From positions 1 through 39,457 of IMG/VR virus record IMGVR_UViG_3300014613_000049: a stretch of 39,457 nucleotides of DNA, one strand, 5' to 3'. The notes beneath the pieces are model-generated. The model saw only the letters and a list, made by a program, of their open reading frames with translations. It ran no database searches and had not been told where the DNA came from. Below are positions 18,034 to 27,534 of the stretch, in pieces (the stretch's first letter is position 1; each line of letters starts with the position of its first letter). Both the position numbers and the translations under genes were made by a program. This stretch comes from a virus. Its lineage: Duplodnaviria > Caudoviricetes.

Positions 18034-19350
18034 TTATTTTATAAAGTGAAAGATGGATTCAAATTTTACCCACCTTCCTTGTGTTTTAATAAAATTGAAT
18101 CCTTTTTTGACCATGGCCTCAATTTTTTCATCTGTTTGGTCACGTCCCGGGAAATTCCGCATAAGCATTTTTATGGCCTCTACATATTGGAATCCTATGG
18201 ATTTGGCAATTTTTACACTATCATTTTCTAATGGGTAGGTAATGTTTTTTGTTACTGAAATATTAGAAACATTCCAGAAGAACTTACCACCTTCACCAAG
18301 GAAATCATAGGCATTTTGTATGGTATCTTTCAAAAATCCATCCCGCCATTTCTCATAAGTGTTGAATTTCCTAAATGATTGTTCTGGATCATCAGAATAC
18401 CGCTCTCGGTTATAATATGGAGGACTGGTATATACTATATTACCGCGACCCTTGAACCTCTTGAATTCCTCGGTTTTATGGAATTCCTCTGATCCGCAAC
18501 ATATAGGGTATACTTTTGCTTTATTTCCTGGATCAACATATTTTTTCCAAAATCTTACTATCATTCCATACCTTTCAAATATAACTTTATTTGGATCCGT
18601 ACAGATAAATACACATCTTTTACCTTTCATAGCTGGATGTGATGATGACGCCAGGAACGCTATAAGCCTGCCAGCCCAACCAGCACTAGGATCAAAAACA
18701 ATATATTCATCTTTGTCCTCAGTTAGTATGGTTGATTGATAAATCCATTTAGCCACAGGAACTCGTATATTTGTGAGTGGTTGTGCCCCAGTGACCACCT
18801 TTATACAGTTCGCAAAAGTTGGGAACATAAGTTGATCCGATTTTTTATACATCTTTAAGGAATCTTTCAGTAGGATCCTTTCCGCCTTCTTCTTATATAA
18901 TGGCAAATCTCTCAACTGACCAATGATGGAATATTTCACGGTATTTTTACCCGATGTTAATGTTACATCCCTCATTTCAGGGAACCAATGATTAACCGAA
19001 TTACCAGAATTATTGTACCCCTTTAGGATTTTATCCTTACCTTCCATATAAAAAACTTTAGGATCATTTATATCCAAACTTATTAGTTGTTTGAAGTTAT
19101 GTATAATTTTTTCGAGGGTGGCATTTTGTCCTCCAAGAGGAATATTTTCCTTTTCATATTTGTCCAAAAAGAAAACTCTTACTTTTTCAATATAGTTTTC
19201 AAATTCTTTTGTTTCCATTGCTTGTATTTCACCTATAGGAAGATTCAATTCAACTGGAACTTCCATTGTGGTATATATTGGCATACAATTTTTTTCTATT
19301 TTTTCTATAGGTATGGTGTTGAAAAAAAAGTCTAATGCTTGTTTACTCAT
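18034..19350 (-). CDS. Amino (m4C/m6A) DNA methyltransferase
   Basis: SAM-binding FDPSAGWAGRL followed by catalytic TSPPYY..E.Y. Confidence 0.85.
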   Translation of the reverse strand: MSKQALDFFFNTIPIEKIEKNCMPIYTTMEVPVELNLPIGEIQAMETKEFENYIEKVRVFFLDKYEKENIPLGGQNATLEKIIHNFKQLISLDINDPKVFYMEGKDKILKGYNNSGNSVNHWFPEMRDVTLTSGKNTVKYSIIGQLRDLPLYKKKAERILLKDSLKMYKKSDQLMFPTFANCIKVVTGAQPLTNIRVPVAKWIYQSTILTEDKDEYIVFDPSAGWAGRLIAFLASSSHPAMKGKRCVFICTDPNKVIFERYGMIVRFWKKYVDPGNKAKVYPICCGSEEFHKTEEFKRFKGRGNIVYTSPPYYNRERYSDDPEQSFRKFNTYEKWRDGFLKDTIQNAYDFLGEGGKFFWNVSNISVTKNITYPLENDSVKIAKSIGFQYVEAIKMLMRNFPGRDQTDEKIEAMVKKGFNFIKTQGRWVKFESIFHFIK

Positions 19351-19575
19351 TTATTTCCCCTCTATATTCCAGTTTATATCTAAAAAATTTTCTTCCTTAC
19401 CGATAATAGTTGTTTCCGTGTTTTTAGGTATGACAATAACTTTTATTCCAGGTAAGTGTTTTTCCATATATTTAGCAAATTTCTCTCTTTGCTGTAAAGG
19501 CACATTATCAATCTTTACAAGCAATATATCGCCTTCTTTATATGTTATTTTCTTTATATCTTCTATATCCATCAT
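19351..19575 (-). CDS. Hypothetical protein
   Basis: AAGGA RBS; abuts next gene. Confidence 0.65.
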   Translation of the reverse strand: MMDIEDIKKITYKEGDILLVKIDNVPLQQREKFAKYMEKHLPGIKVIVIPKNTETTIIGKEENFLDINWNIEGK

Positions 19576-19595
19576 TATTTTTAATCCTTATCGTT

Positions 19596-19925
19596 TTATG
19601 ATTTACATTCTATAGTATTTTGTTCTGTCAATTTTTTCCATAATAACTTTGATTTTTCATCGGCTCTTTCATAGAATATCTTATCAGGATTTTTTAAATT
19701 AATACAATGAGATAATTCATGATAAATGATTGGTTTTATTATATCCCATTTACCCCATATTTGTTCTGGAATCCATAGTGCAATAACAGTTTTATTATTC
19801 TTTTTTCCTTTTGCGCCTGAAAGTATATCAGAAGTTTTTTCAATAAGTAATTTGGGAGCAGAATTTTTTAATTCTGGAAACTTAGAAAGGCATTCCATAT
19901 AAATTTTATTTAATTCATTCATCAT
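19596..19925 (-). CDS. Small HEXXH metallopeptidase-like protein
   Basis: IIYHELSH. Confidence 0.55.
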   Translation of the reverse strand: MMNELNKIYMECLSKFPELKNSAPKLLIEKTSDILSGAKGKKNNKTVIALWIPEQIWGKWDIIKPIIYHELSHCINLKNPDKIFYERADEKSKLLWKKLTEQNTIECKS

Positions 19926-20046
19926 CTTCCCAATCTATTACATCACCTGTTAGTTTTGCAATTAGTTCACAAAATACTCTGGCCGTTTCATCTAATTTCT
20001 CCATTGTTTCAATCAGCCTTTCTATTATTTCAATTATTTTTCCCAT
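19915..20046 (-). CDS. 43-aa hypothetical protein
   Basis: Not in track; MGKIIEIIERLIETMEK...WEDDE; fills the gap, AAGGA RBS. Confidence 0.55.
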   Translation of the reverse strand: MGKIIEIIERLIETMEKLDETARVFCELIAKLTGDVIDWEDDE

Positions 20047-20051
20047 ATATA

Positions 20052-20549
20052 TTATCCTTGGTTTAATAGATTTTTAATTTTTTCATCGATTTCTTTTAAA
20101 GCCTTTTCTACGGAAATTCCTTCTTTTTGGAATTCTAGTAACTCTTCCTTTTGTTCTTCTAATCTTTTAAGTAATTCTGAATTTAATAAAGTTACATCAA
20201 TTTTAGTTTCTTTATCAGAGTTTTTCCGTTTTATATTGAAATTATTTTCTGGTTCAGTATTATTAATTTTACTACTTGGAAATTTATGCATTCTACCAGG
20301 AGTTGCTCTTCCATAATTACTTCCTACATCAATATCAAATCCGGCCTCTTTTAATTTTTCAAAAACTTCCGGTAATTTCTCAGCGGCAGACATAATGCCA
20401 CTTATATTGGAAAAAACTCCGCCTATTAAACCGCCCTTAGAGAATAATCCACTATTACCTCCTTTTTTCCCTAAGTTAAGTATTTGATTGGCAACTTTCT
20501 TTGCCAATTCTTTTTTTTCTTCATTATCCATTCCATCAAAATTTGCCAT
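20052..20549 (-). CDS. Hypothetical protein (Gly-rich segment, C-terminal coiled coil)
   Basis: AAGGAG RBS. Confidence 0.7.
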   Translation of the reverse strand: MANFDGMDNEEKKELAKKVANQILNLGKKGGNSGLFSKGGLIGGVFSNISGIMSAAEKLPEVFEKLKEAGFDIDVGSNYGRATPGRMHKFPSSKINNTEPENNFNIKRKNSDKETKIDVTLLNSELLKRLEEQKEELLEFQKEGISVEKALKEIDEKIKNLLNQG

Positions 20550-20599
20550 TTTTTATTCTCCTTTATTAGTAAATAGTTCTTCAAAGATTTTAAATTTTA

Positions 20600-21097
20600 T
20601 CATTTATTTTCCTTTAACATTTTATAAAATATATTTAAATGGTTTATTATTAGGCACAAATACATTTTTATTTTTAAATTATAATATATTATTTCTATTA
20701 TTTTTTTCTGATATCCTTCACCAGGGAAGAATTTTTCTATGGCCGTTTTTCCTAATAACAATATATTAGTAGGTTCTATTATTCTTATAAATTTTCTTAC
20801 CCATTGATCACATTCTTCTAAACTTTCATAGGATCTTAATTTTTCATCATCATAACAATTAGTACAACTAATTATAGCGAATTGTTCTTTATCATAACCA
20901 TGGTAGTATGTTGTTTGAAAAATTTTCTTAAACTCAGCCTTTGAAGTAAAATTTGGATATGAATCTATAATGATAATTTTAGATTTTGGTGTCCAATATG
21001 GAGAAAAATATCCACCTGTCCATAGATTACAATCTTTACAATCGGACATTTGGTCCTCTAATAATTCCAGCAATTTTATTTGTTTTTTGGTTAGCAT
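20600..21097 (-). CDS. Divergent uracil-DNA glycosylase family 4-like protein
   Basis: C..C.L, later NC and EC..W....I.II.P..ILLLG.TA; GEAPG replaced by DSYP. Confidence 0.55.
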   Translation of the reverse strand: MLTKKQIKLLELLEDQMSDCKDCNLWTGGYFSPYWTPKSKIIIIDSYPNFTSKAEFKKIFQTTYYHGYDKEQFAIISCTNCYDDEKLRSYESLEECDQWVRKFIRIIEPTNILLLGKTAIEKFFPGEGYQKKIIEIIYYNLKIKMYLCLIINHLNIFYKMLKENK

Positions 21098-21303
21098 ATT
21101 TCCTCTAATATTTCCTCAAATAATAGGTTAATACTATCCCTCACAATAGGTTCCACCGCACGAAAATCATTATATGTCGGTGATAGACCATCTAACCATT
21201 TTAACCATACCCATTTATTTGGTGTTTGTGTGGAATTACTCCAGGTGAATATTGTGCTAGGAATTGTGATACTATTATAGGTTATCCTATCTGATATGGC
21301 CAT
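21091..21303 (-). CDS. Hypothetical protein
   Basis: Abuts dUTPase; C-terminal DSINLLFEEILEEI. Confidence 0.6.
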   Translation of the reverse strand: MAISDRITYNSITIPSTIFTWSNSTQTPNKWVWLKWLDGLSPTYNDFRAVEPIVRDSINLLFEEILEEIC

Positions 21304-21735
21304 TTATTTTCCTGTGCTCCCGAAGGCGCCTTCTGCTCTCTTAGTCTTAGATAATTTTTTAACTTCTTCTATTTCACATCTAATTACAGGTGCTATTATT
21401 CCTTGTGCTATCCTGTCACCTTTTTTTATTTGAAAATAATCTAATCTATTATGATTTACTATTAGGATCTTTACCTCCCCTCTGAAGTCGGAATCAATGG
21501 TCCCAGGGGCATTGGATATATAATTTGGTACATTTTTTGATATTCCACTTCTCTGTCTTATTTGTAATTCTGTACCTGGTGGCAATTCTACTGCGAGACC
21601 AGTGCCAATAATACCTTTACTTTCAGGAGCAAAATACATATCCTGATTTGAATGAATATCAAATCCACTGGCACCATCCGTTTGATATTTTGGTAATATA
21701 ACATCCTTATATAATTTTTTGAATTTTATTTTCAT
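21304..21735 (-). CDS. dut: Trimeric dUTPase
   Basis: ASGFD, RSG, GTIDSDFRGE, GDRIAQ, R..GAFGSTG. Confidence 0.95.
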   Translation of the reverse strand: MKIKFKKLYKDVILPKYQTDGASGFDIHSNQDMYFAPESKGIIGTGLAVELPPGTELQIRQRSGISKNVPNYISNAPGTIDSDFRGEVKILIVNHNRLDYFQIKKGDRIAQGIIAPVIRCEIEEVKKLSKTKRAEGAFGSTGK

Positions 21736-21879
21736 TTATTTCTCCATATTATCAATTATTTGGAAAAGGACTTCTTTACAGGTAATACATTCCATAAAAA
21801 CCTTTCCATCTTTATATTTTACTATTTCTAATTTGTGGTTTTTATGTTTCTCCAACTCTTCCTTTTTCCATAAATCCAT
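21736..21879 (-). CDS. 47-aa protein with H..H / C..C
   Basis: Not in track; MDLWKKEELEKHKNHK...ECITCKE; abuts both neighbours. Confidence 0.55.
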   Translation of the reverse strand: MDLWKKEELEKHKNHKLEIVKYKDGKVFMECITCKEVLFQIIDNMEK

Positions 21880-22040
21880 TATAATTTCCCTAATAACCAT
21901 ACTATAACCATAAGAGGCATTAATGCCATATTTACTAAGAATACTACAATAAAATCTATAAATAAATCTTTTGGAAACTTTTTAGAATTCTTATATACGG
22001 CATAAAGTCCCCATAATATACATATTATAAAATAAGTCAT
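21879..22040 (-). CDS. 53-aa two-TM membrane protein
   Basis: Not in track; AAGGA RBS; two hydrophobic stretches. Confidence 0.55.
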   Translation of the reverse strand: MTYFIICILWGLYAVYKNSKKFPKDLFIDFIVVFLVNMALMPLMVIVWLLGKL

Positions 22041-22050
22041 TTTTTTCCTT

Positions 22051-23118
22051 TTAAAATATTAAAGATTTTTTGATTTTCATTTTATCCACTTCATTCAAGG
22101 ATTTATTTGTTACAATTTTTGCCCATGTAGCAAAATTATAAAATCTTAAAGCATTAGCGGCACACCAGACTTCTTTATACATATCTAAACTTCCTATGGG
22201 GAGAAAAAAATCTTCTACATTATCTGTTCCAATTCTAACAGGAATATCTGCAAGTAATAATTCTAATATTCTAGTAATACTATTATGCATAGGTACCATA
22301 ATACTTCTGTCTTGTTTATTTGAAAGTGTGGCACTTGGGCAAACAATAACTCCTATGTTAGTTTCATATAATCCATCAATAACTCTTTGAAATCTTTCCT
22401 CATCATAAGAGGCAATTGAAAGCGCATGAACTGCCCATATTGTGGGTATTTTTCCTTGAACACGGCCATTTAAATCAGGACGCAACCATCTTACTGCTTC
22501 AATTAGAGTTTCGGTTCCATTTTCATTAGGATTATTACTTTGATCTATATGAAAATGAACCTCTTTATAATTTAAATCATTTGCAAGATTGATCACTTTA
22601 CGAAAATGTTCCTTAAATCCTATGTGACCTTTTCCTTCATCACGTTCAGGTAAAGTTCCTATGAAATCAGCTATTTTTGCGCCAGAACAAAAAATATCCC
22701 ATCGCTTAGGATCATTATCTTTAAAACCAAAAATAGGATAAGCGCCTACTCTAAAGTCAATTTTTCCTTTATATTCTTCTTTTAATTCCATGGCAACTTC
22801 TAACGCATTAAGTTCATTACTATCTGCCGTTGTATCTATAAAACTATCAATCCTTTTTGTTCCATATAAAAGTGAATTTTCTAATGCCAGTATCATACGA
22901 TTTCGTAAAGAAGGTTTTTTATATGCTTCTCCTTCATGAAGTGCTCCTGTTATATGTTGTTTTACTTCAAGAGGATAGGTTACAATATCCCAAGGATTCA
23001 TATCAGCATGTTCAATATATTTTGATTCCATTACAAAAGCTCTATCCAAATGAGTATGGGCATTAAAAAACCCACCTAAATTTTTTACTGTCTCTTTGAA
23101 TTTATACTCAAATTCCAT
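22051..23118 (-). CDS. Metal-dependent amidohydrolase, cytosine deaminase (CodA)-like
   Basis: NAHTHLD, HIDQ, AVH, CP, GTDN. Confidence 0.8.
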   Translation of the reverse strand: MEFEYKFKETVKNLGGFFNAHTHLDRAFVMESKYIEHADMNPWDIVTYPLEVKQHITGALHEGEAYKKPSLRNRMILALENSLLYGTKRIDSFIDTTADSNELNALEVAMELKEEYKGKIDFRVGAYPIFGFKDNDPKRWDIFCSGAKIADFIGTLPERDEGKGHIGFKEHFRKVINLANDLNYKEVHFHIDQSNNPNENGTETLIEAVRWLRPDLNGRVQGKIPTIWAVHALSIASYDEERFQRVIDGLYETNIGVIVCPSATLSNKQDRSIMVPMHNSITRILELLLADIPVRIGTDNVEDFFLPIGSLDMYKEVWCAANALRFYNFATWAKIVTNKSLNEVDKMKIKKSLIF

Positions 23119-23143
23119 ATTATCTCCTCAAAACTAAAATATA

Positions 23144-23545
23144 TTATCTCTGGCCTCGTCTTCCTCTGGTTTGTCTTATTACTTCCTGGTGTTCATGTAA
23201 ATCTCTGGTATCACCTGTCTGAGTGGCCTCACTTATCCATAAATCTATCTCCGTAGAATCGTACATGGCGAGTGACCTGGTATCATAATAGAATTTATCT
23301 ATCTCACCTACTCTACCACCCAACCTATTTTTCACAACCTTATAAAATAATTCACTTTGGTAAATCATGGCATCTTCATCGGTTCCTAAGATGGACATGT
23401 AGTCGGCGGTTGCTGGAAGTCCAAGTGAGTTTTTTGTTAATATATTATTAGCATAAAATAAATGGTCCTTATTAACTTCAATATCCATCATTTTTCCTTC
23501 TCCGATTTTTTCGATGCTTATAATTTCATCGTTATAGTTAACCAT
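23144..23545 (-). CDS. gp41 helicase C-terminal fragment preceded by split-intein C-part (39 aa, 23429-23545)
   Basis: DIEV...HLFYANNILTKN|SLGLPATAD...KNR.G. Confidence 0.92.
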   Translation of the reverse strand: MVNYNDEIISIEKIGEGKMMDIEVNKDHLFYANNILTKNSLGLPATADYMSILGTDEDAMIYQSELFYKVVKNRLGGRVGEIDKFYYDTRSLAMYDSTEIDLWISEATQTGDTRDLHEHQEVIRQTRGRRGQR

Positions 23546-23688
23546 TATTTTAAATGCTCCTTTATAAAATCTGTTATTTTTACCATATTTTCTAGTAGTT
23601 CTTCTAATACCTTTACCATTTCATCTGTGGTGTTTTCAATTTCCCAATATTTACTATTCACAACTCTATTAATTTTTTTAAAATTCAT
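23545..23688 (-). CDS. 47-aa ORF between the split-intein halves
   Basis: Not in track; MNFKKINRVVNSKYWEIEN...KEHLK; GGGAG RBS; TAATG overlap. Confidence 0.6.
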   Translation of the reverse strand: MNFKKINRVVNSKYWEIENTTDEMVKVLEELLENMVKITDFIKEHLK

Positions 23689-23725
23689 TTAAATTCTCCC
23701 TGTAACTATTTATTTTATACAGATG

Positions 23726-25099
23726 TTACTGGGATTCCAGTTTATTTCCTACTTCCATGCCTGTGTTAATTGATTTTATTCCTTTATCTGTGGGAAATTT
23801 ATGGTCTGAACTGCAAATAATTTCCTTTCCACTCTTTGTTATTATTTTATATTTGGTTTTCTTTTTTTTCGGCCATATTCGTTTAACTTTGACATATCCA
23901 TCACTACCTTTTATCATATCGCCAACTTTAAGAGAGTCTAATTTAACAGAAAAACCGTTATCCTTAATAACCATTGTTTCAGGATCCAAACACTCCGCTA
24001 TATAATTGAAATCAAGTTCTTCAAATCCCACAAAACTTCCCTCTCTATTTAATTGACTAACAGATATTATTGGAACTTCAAATTCAAATGACATTGCTCT
24101 CAATTCTTCGGCAATAGCCTTAATTCTACTATACATATTATCGCTTTTTGAAAATTCAGATGCCATCAAGTTTATATAATCAACATAAACTATATGTGGT
24201 TTAATTCCTCTAAGTAACAATTCTCTTAAGTAAATTCTGAAATCCTTTATGGATGCTTTACCTGTAGGAAATTGTTTTATGTAAAGATTTCCTCTGTTTT
24301 CTGTATCTTTTACTGCTCTTAATCTTTCTACTAATCTGGTTCTATAATCATCACTTATATACATTCTATTGATATCCATAAGTGAATAAATAGAATCAAA
24401 CCGTTGGGCGAAGGCATCCTGGGCCATTTCAAGGGACATTAGAACTACATTATGACCATGTAATACTTGCCTGGAAATGAAATTGGCCATTATATTGGAT
24501 TTCCAACCATGGATTTTGGCGGTCATAACGGAAAGCGTAAATGGCGGAAAACCGCCATTTATATATTCATCAAATTGTGGAAAATATGTTGGTATTCTAA
24601 CATCCGATGCGGTAAAAATCCTTCGGAGCCTTTCACCTAATTGTCCAAAATAATTTAAACCAAGATCAATCTTAATATCTTTACATAAGGCCTCCTCTAT
24701 TTTTTGTCTGATTATATTTTTATCGCCGCCTGAATCAATAATATCAACTGATTCCATTATGGCTCCTTTTACGGCCTGTTCTTTTAGATATTTATTGGTT
24801 TCTTCTGTCAAATAACTATAATTACCTGCTATATCAAAGTCAATGGAATCAATATCCGTAAATAGTTCTATTATCTCGGTATTATTATCAATGGAATTAA
24901 TAATAACATCTCTTGGAGCAATATTTTTATGTTCGGTCATATGATCTTTTAATATTTTGAATACCATTGATATGGAGGAAGAATTGAAGTATTCTGGTTT
25001 AAATACATTTGCTATTAAAATAAGGAATGTTTTATCTATTGTGGCTCCTTTTATTATTAATTTTTCAAGGAAATTTGGATCCAATACATTATTTTCCAT
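23726..25099 (-). CDS. gp41/DnaB-like replicative helicase N-fragment followed by split-intein N-part (88 aa, 23729-23992)
   Basis: Walker A region AKIHGWKS, SLEM, VDYINL, SQLNR; then CLDPET...ICSSDHKF. Confidence 0.92.
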   Translation of the reverse strand: MENNVLDPNFLEKLIIKGATIDKTFLILIANVFKPEYFNSSSISMVFKILKDHMTEHKNIAPRDVIINSIDNNTEIIELFTDIDSIDFDIAGNYSYLTEETNKYLKEQAVKGAIMESVDIIDSGGDKNIIRQKIEEALCKDIKIDLGLNYFGQLGERLRRIFTASDVRIPTYFPQFDEYINGGFPPFTLSVMTAKIHGWKSNIMANFISRQVLHGHNVVLMSLEMAQDAFAQRFDSIYSLMDINRMYISDDYRTRLVERLRAVKDTENRGNLYIKQFPTGKASIKDFRIYLRELLLRGIKPHIVYVDYINLMASEFSKSDNMYSRIKAIAEELRAMSFEFEVPIISVSQLNREGSFVGFEELDFNYIAECLDPETMVIKDNGFSVKLDSLKVGDMIKGSDGYVKVKRIWPKKKKTKYKIITKSGKEIICSSDHKFPTDKGIKSINTGMEVGNKLESQ

Positions 25100-25553
25100 T
25101 TAACTCCTTTTTAAATGATGAACACATAGTAATTAGTGATTTCTCCGGGGCCTTACATTTTTTACTACATATATTACAAAGCCTTGTGTCTGATGCAAAT
25201 GATGGACATTTTATAATTGATGTAAAGTTACTTTGTTTACAATTTTTATTACAAATTTCACAAGTAGGATTCAATGTATTCCACCAATAATTCTCAAATT
25301 CTTCTTCTGATGGTTCTATAGGTTTATCAAGTATATAGATGGATTGGAGTCCCGATTCTTTTAGAATTGTGTTGGCAATATTTGTATTTTTACCCTTCAA
25401 AGTAAGAAATTTTTTTAAGGTTATATAATCGCTTACTTCTTTTACATCCTCCAATTTTTTAACTTCTTTATTGGGAGTGAATTTTTTATTATCCAAGAAA
25501 CCAGCAAACCATTTATTATCCTTTTTCACAACTACGGACAATTTTAATTTCAT
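25089..25553 (-). CDS. Hypothetical protein with two C..C...C...C repeats
   Basis: CEICNKNCK...KCPSF and CNICSKKCK...MCSSF. Confidence 0.65.
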   Translation of the reverse strand: MKLKLSVVVKKDNKWFAGFLDNKKFTPNKEVKKLEDVKEVSDYITLKKFLTLKGKNTNIANTILKESGLQSIYILDKPIEPSEEEFENYWWNTLNPTCEICNKNCKQSNFTSIIKCPSFASDTRLCNICSKKCKAPEKSLITMCSSFKKELNGK

Positions 25554-25588
25554 AATCTAATCCTTTCTAATTTTTTACCTTTTTTTAT

Positions 25589-25617
25589 ATTATACATCAA
25601 TTATATTAAAATGTAAA
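25589..25617 (-). promoter_or_regulatory. Sigma70-type early promoter
   Basis: TTTACA-17 nt-TATAAT. Confidence 0.75.
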
Positions 25618-25630
25618 TATAAAAAATCCC

Positions 25631-25660
25631 GTTTACATTTATGAAAATATGTGATATATA
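25631..25660 (+). promoter_or_regulatory. T4 early-like promoter
   Basis: A-tract, GTTTACA-17 nt (ending TGTGA)-TATATA. Confidence 0.65.
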
Positions 25661-25666
25661 TGATAT

Positions 25667-26083
25667 ATGGAGGATTTTATGGATGATGTTATAAAAGAGT
25701 TGATGGCAGAGCACCCCATTATAGAAATGGTAAAATTTTCGGATTTGAATTTATCGGAAAAATTGAGTGATAATCCATGGCTTATGGTAAAATATAAAGA
25801 ATTTCATATAAAGGAAAATGCCATTTTGGTAGAGTTACAGGATAAATATGATATGTTGGTTGGTAAGCAGTATGATTATTATAGGTTTGAATTGGATAAA
25901 GAATTGACAAAACCTGAAATAGAAAAATATTACTTGCCGAAGGATAAGAAGATAATACAAATGAAGCAAATTTTAAGGAAACAAGAACTTAGAGTGAAAT
26001 TTTTTGAAATGTGTTATAAAGGACTTGAACAACAGGGCTGGCGAATAAAGTCCTGGATAGATGTACAAAGGAGTGGAATGTGA
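25667..26083 (+). CDS. uvsY: UvsY-like recombination mediator
   Basis: 138-aa helical protein with YYR, L.K.EI..Y...D, W.IK..ID; adjacent to uvsW; start may be 25679. Confidence 0.7.
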   Translation: MEDFMDDVIKELMAEHPIIEMVKFSDLNLSEKLSDNPWLMVKYKEFHIKENAILVELQDKYDMLVGKQYDYYRFELDKELTKPEIEKYYLPKDKKIIQMKQILRKQELRVKFFEMCYKGLEQQGWRIKSWIDVQRSGM

Positions 26084-27534
26084 AGGAAGTAAAATTAGAA
26101 ATGTTTTCACCAATGTTAATGAAAATTGTAACCGAAGATGAAGAATACATGGAGCTTATGAGGGAAGAGTTCACGGAATATGTTTCTGGTTTTCGGTTTA
26201 TGTCCGCATATAAGTCAGGTGGTTGGAACGGCAAAGTCGGGATGATAGATAAATTTAAACATACTATACCGTATGGATTACTGACAGAATTTATTAGAAT
26301 CCATAGAAAAAATTTCAAACGGAATAAACTGACCATATCTGATGAAGTGAAAAATATATTCAAAGGCCCAAAATTGAAAATGAAATATGATCTAGAATTA
26401 TATCCTCGTCCATATCAGAAAGATTGTATTGAGGCTTCCTTGAAATTTACTAAAGGTATTATACGATCCGCCACAGCGTCAGGAAAAGGCCTTATCATAG
26501 TATACATATTAAAACATCTTTTGGAGAATTATAAAAAAACCGGAGTAAAAAATGTTATTATTGTTGTGCCTTCCGTATCCTTGATAAAACAATTCCATGA
26601 TGATTTAATTGATTATGGTTGTAGCGATGATTTGATAGGTGAGGTATGGACTAAAAAGAAAGAGTGGGATAAAACTATAGTAATTTCAACATGGCAATCC
26701 TTATCCAGGAATCAGGACCGATTGAATGATTTTCAATGTGTTATGGTAGACGAGTGTCATGGTTCAGGAGCCTTCCAACTTAAGAAACTTCTATCACATG
26801 CGGTTGGCTTAAAGTACCGCCTGGGTTTTACTGGTACCATGCATTCTGGTAAATTAGATAATTGGAATGTAATGTCATATCTAGGGCCGGTAATAAAAGA
26901 TTATCCTTCAGGATTCCTGGCTGACCAAGGATGGATATCAAAATGTATGGTAAATATATTTAATATAGAGTATAATGGTACCGATGATATTGATGGAACA
27001 TATAGTGAAGTAAAAGATATAATATTTACTAATCCATATAGAATGGATTTTATTGGAGAGTTGGTAAAAAAATTGGACCATAATGTTCTGTTATTGGTTG
27101 GTTTAGTGGAAAAGGAAGGTGAAGTAATAAAAGAATATCTGGAAACAACTTTGAAAGGTAAGGAGGTTATATTCTTATCAGGTAGAGATAATGTTGATAT
27201 TAGGGAGAGGTGGAGAAAGGAATGCGAGATAAGGAAAGATATAGTTCTTATTGCCACCTACGGAATTTTCTCTCAAGGTATAAATATTCCGAGTTTGAAG
27301 TATGTAGTTTTAGCTTCACCATTTCAATCAAAAATTAGAGTGTTACAATCTATTGGTAGAGCATTGAGGAAACATAGTGATAAAGAAAAAGGAGCCATCA
27401 TATTTGATATCCATGACCATGTTAAATATTTAGATAGGCACGGTATGAAAAGGCTCCGTTTCTATGATTCTGAAAAATTTGAGGTTAACGAACATTTATT
27501 TAAAGAAGGCGATGAGATTACTCTATATTTTTAG
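26080..27534 (+). CDS. uvsW: UvsW SF2 DNA helicase
   Basis: W.GK, ATASGKG, DECH, GFTGT, G.NI..L, LQSIGR.LR. Confidence 0.92.
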   Translation: MKEVKLEMFSPMLMKIVTEDEEYMELMREEFTEYVSGFRFMSAYKSGGWNGKVGMIDKFKHTIPYGLLTEFIRIHRKNFKRNKLTISDEVKNIFKGPKLKMKYDLELYPRPYQKDCIEASLKFTKGIIRSATASGKGLIIVYILKHLLENYKKTGVKNVIIVVPSVSLIKQFHDDLIDYGCSDDLIGEVWTKKKEWDKTIVISTWQSLSRNQDRLNDFQCVMVDECHGSGAFQLKKLLSHAVGLKYRLGFTGTMHSGKLDNWNVMSYLGPVIKDYPSGFLADQGWISKCMVNIFNIEYNGTDDIDGTYSEVKDIIFTNPYRMDFIGELVKKLDHNVLLLVGLVEKEGEVIKEYLETTLKGKEVIFLSGRDNVDIRERWRKECEIRKDIVLIATYGIFSQGINIPSLKYVVLASPFQSKIRVLQSIGRALRKHSDKEKGAIIFDIHDHVKYLDRHGMKRLRFYDSEKFEVNEHLFKEGDEITLYF

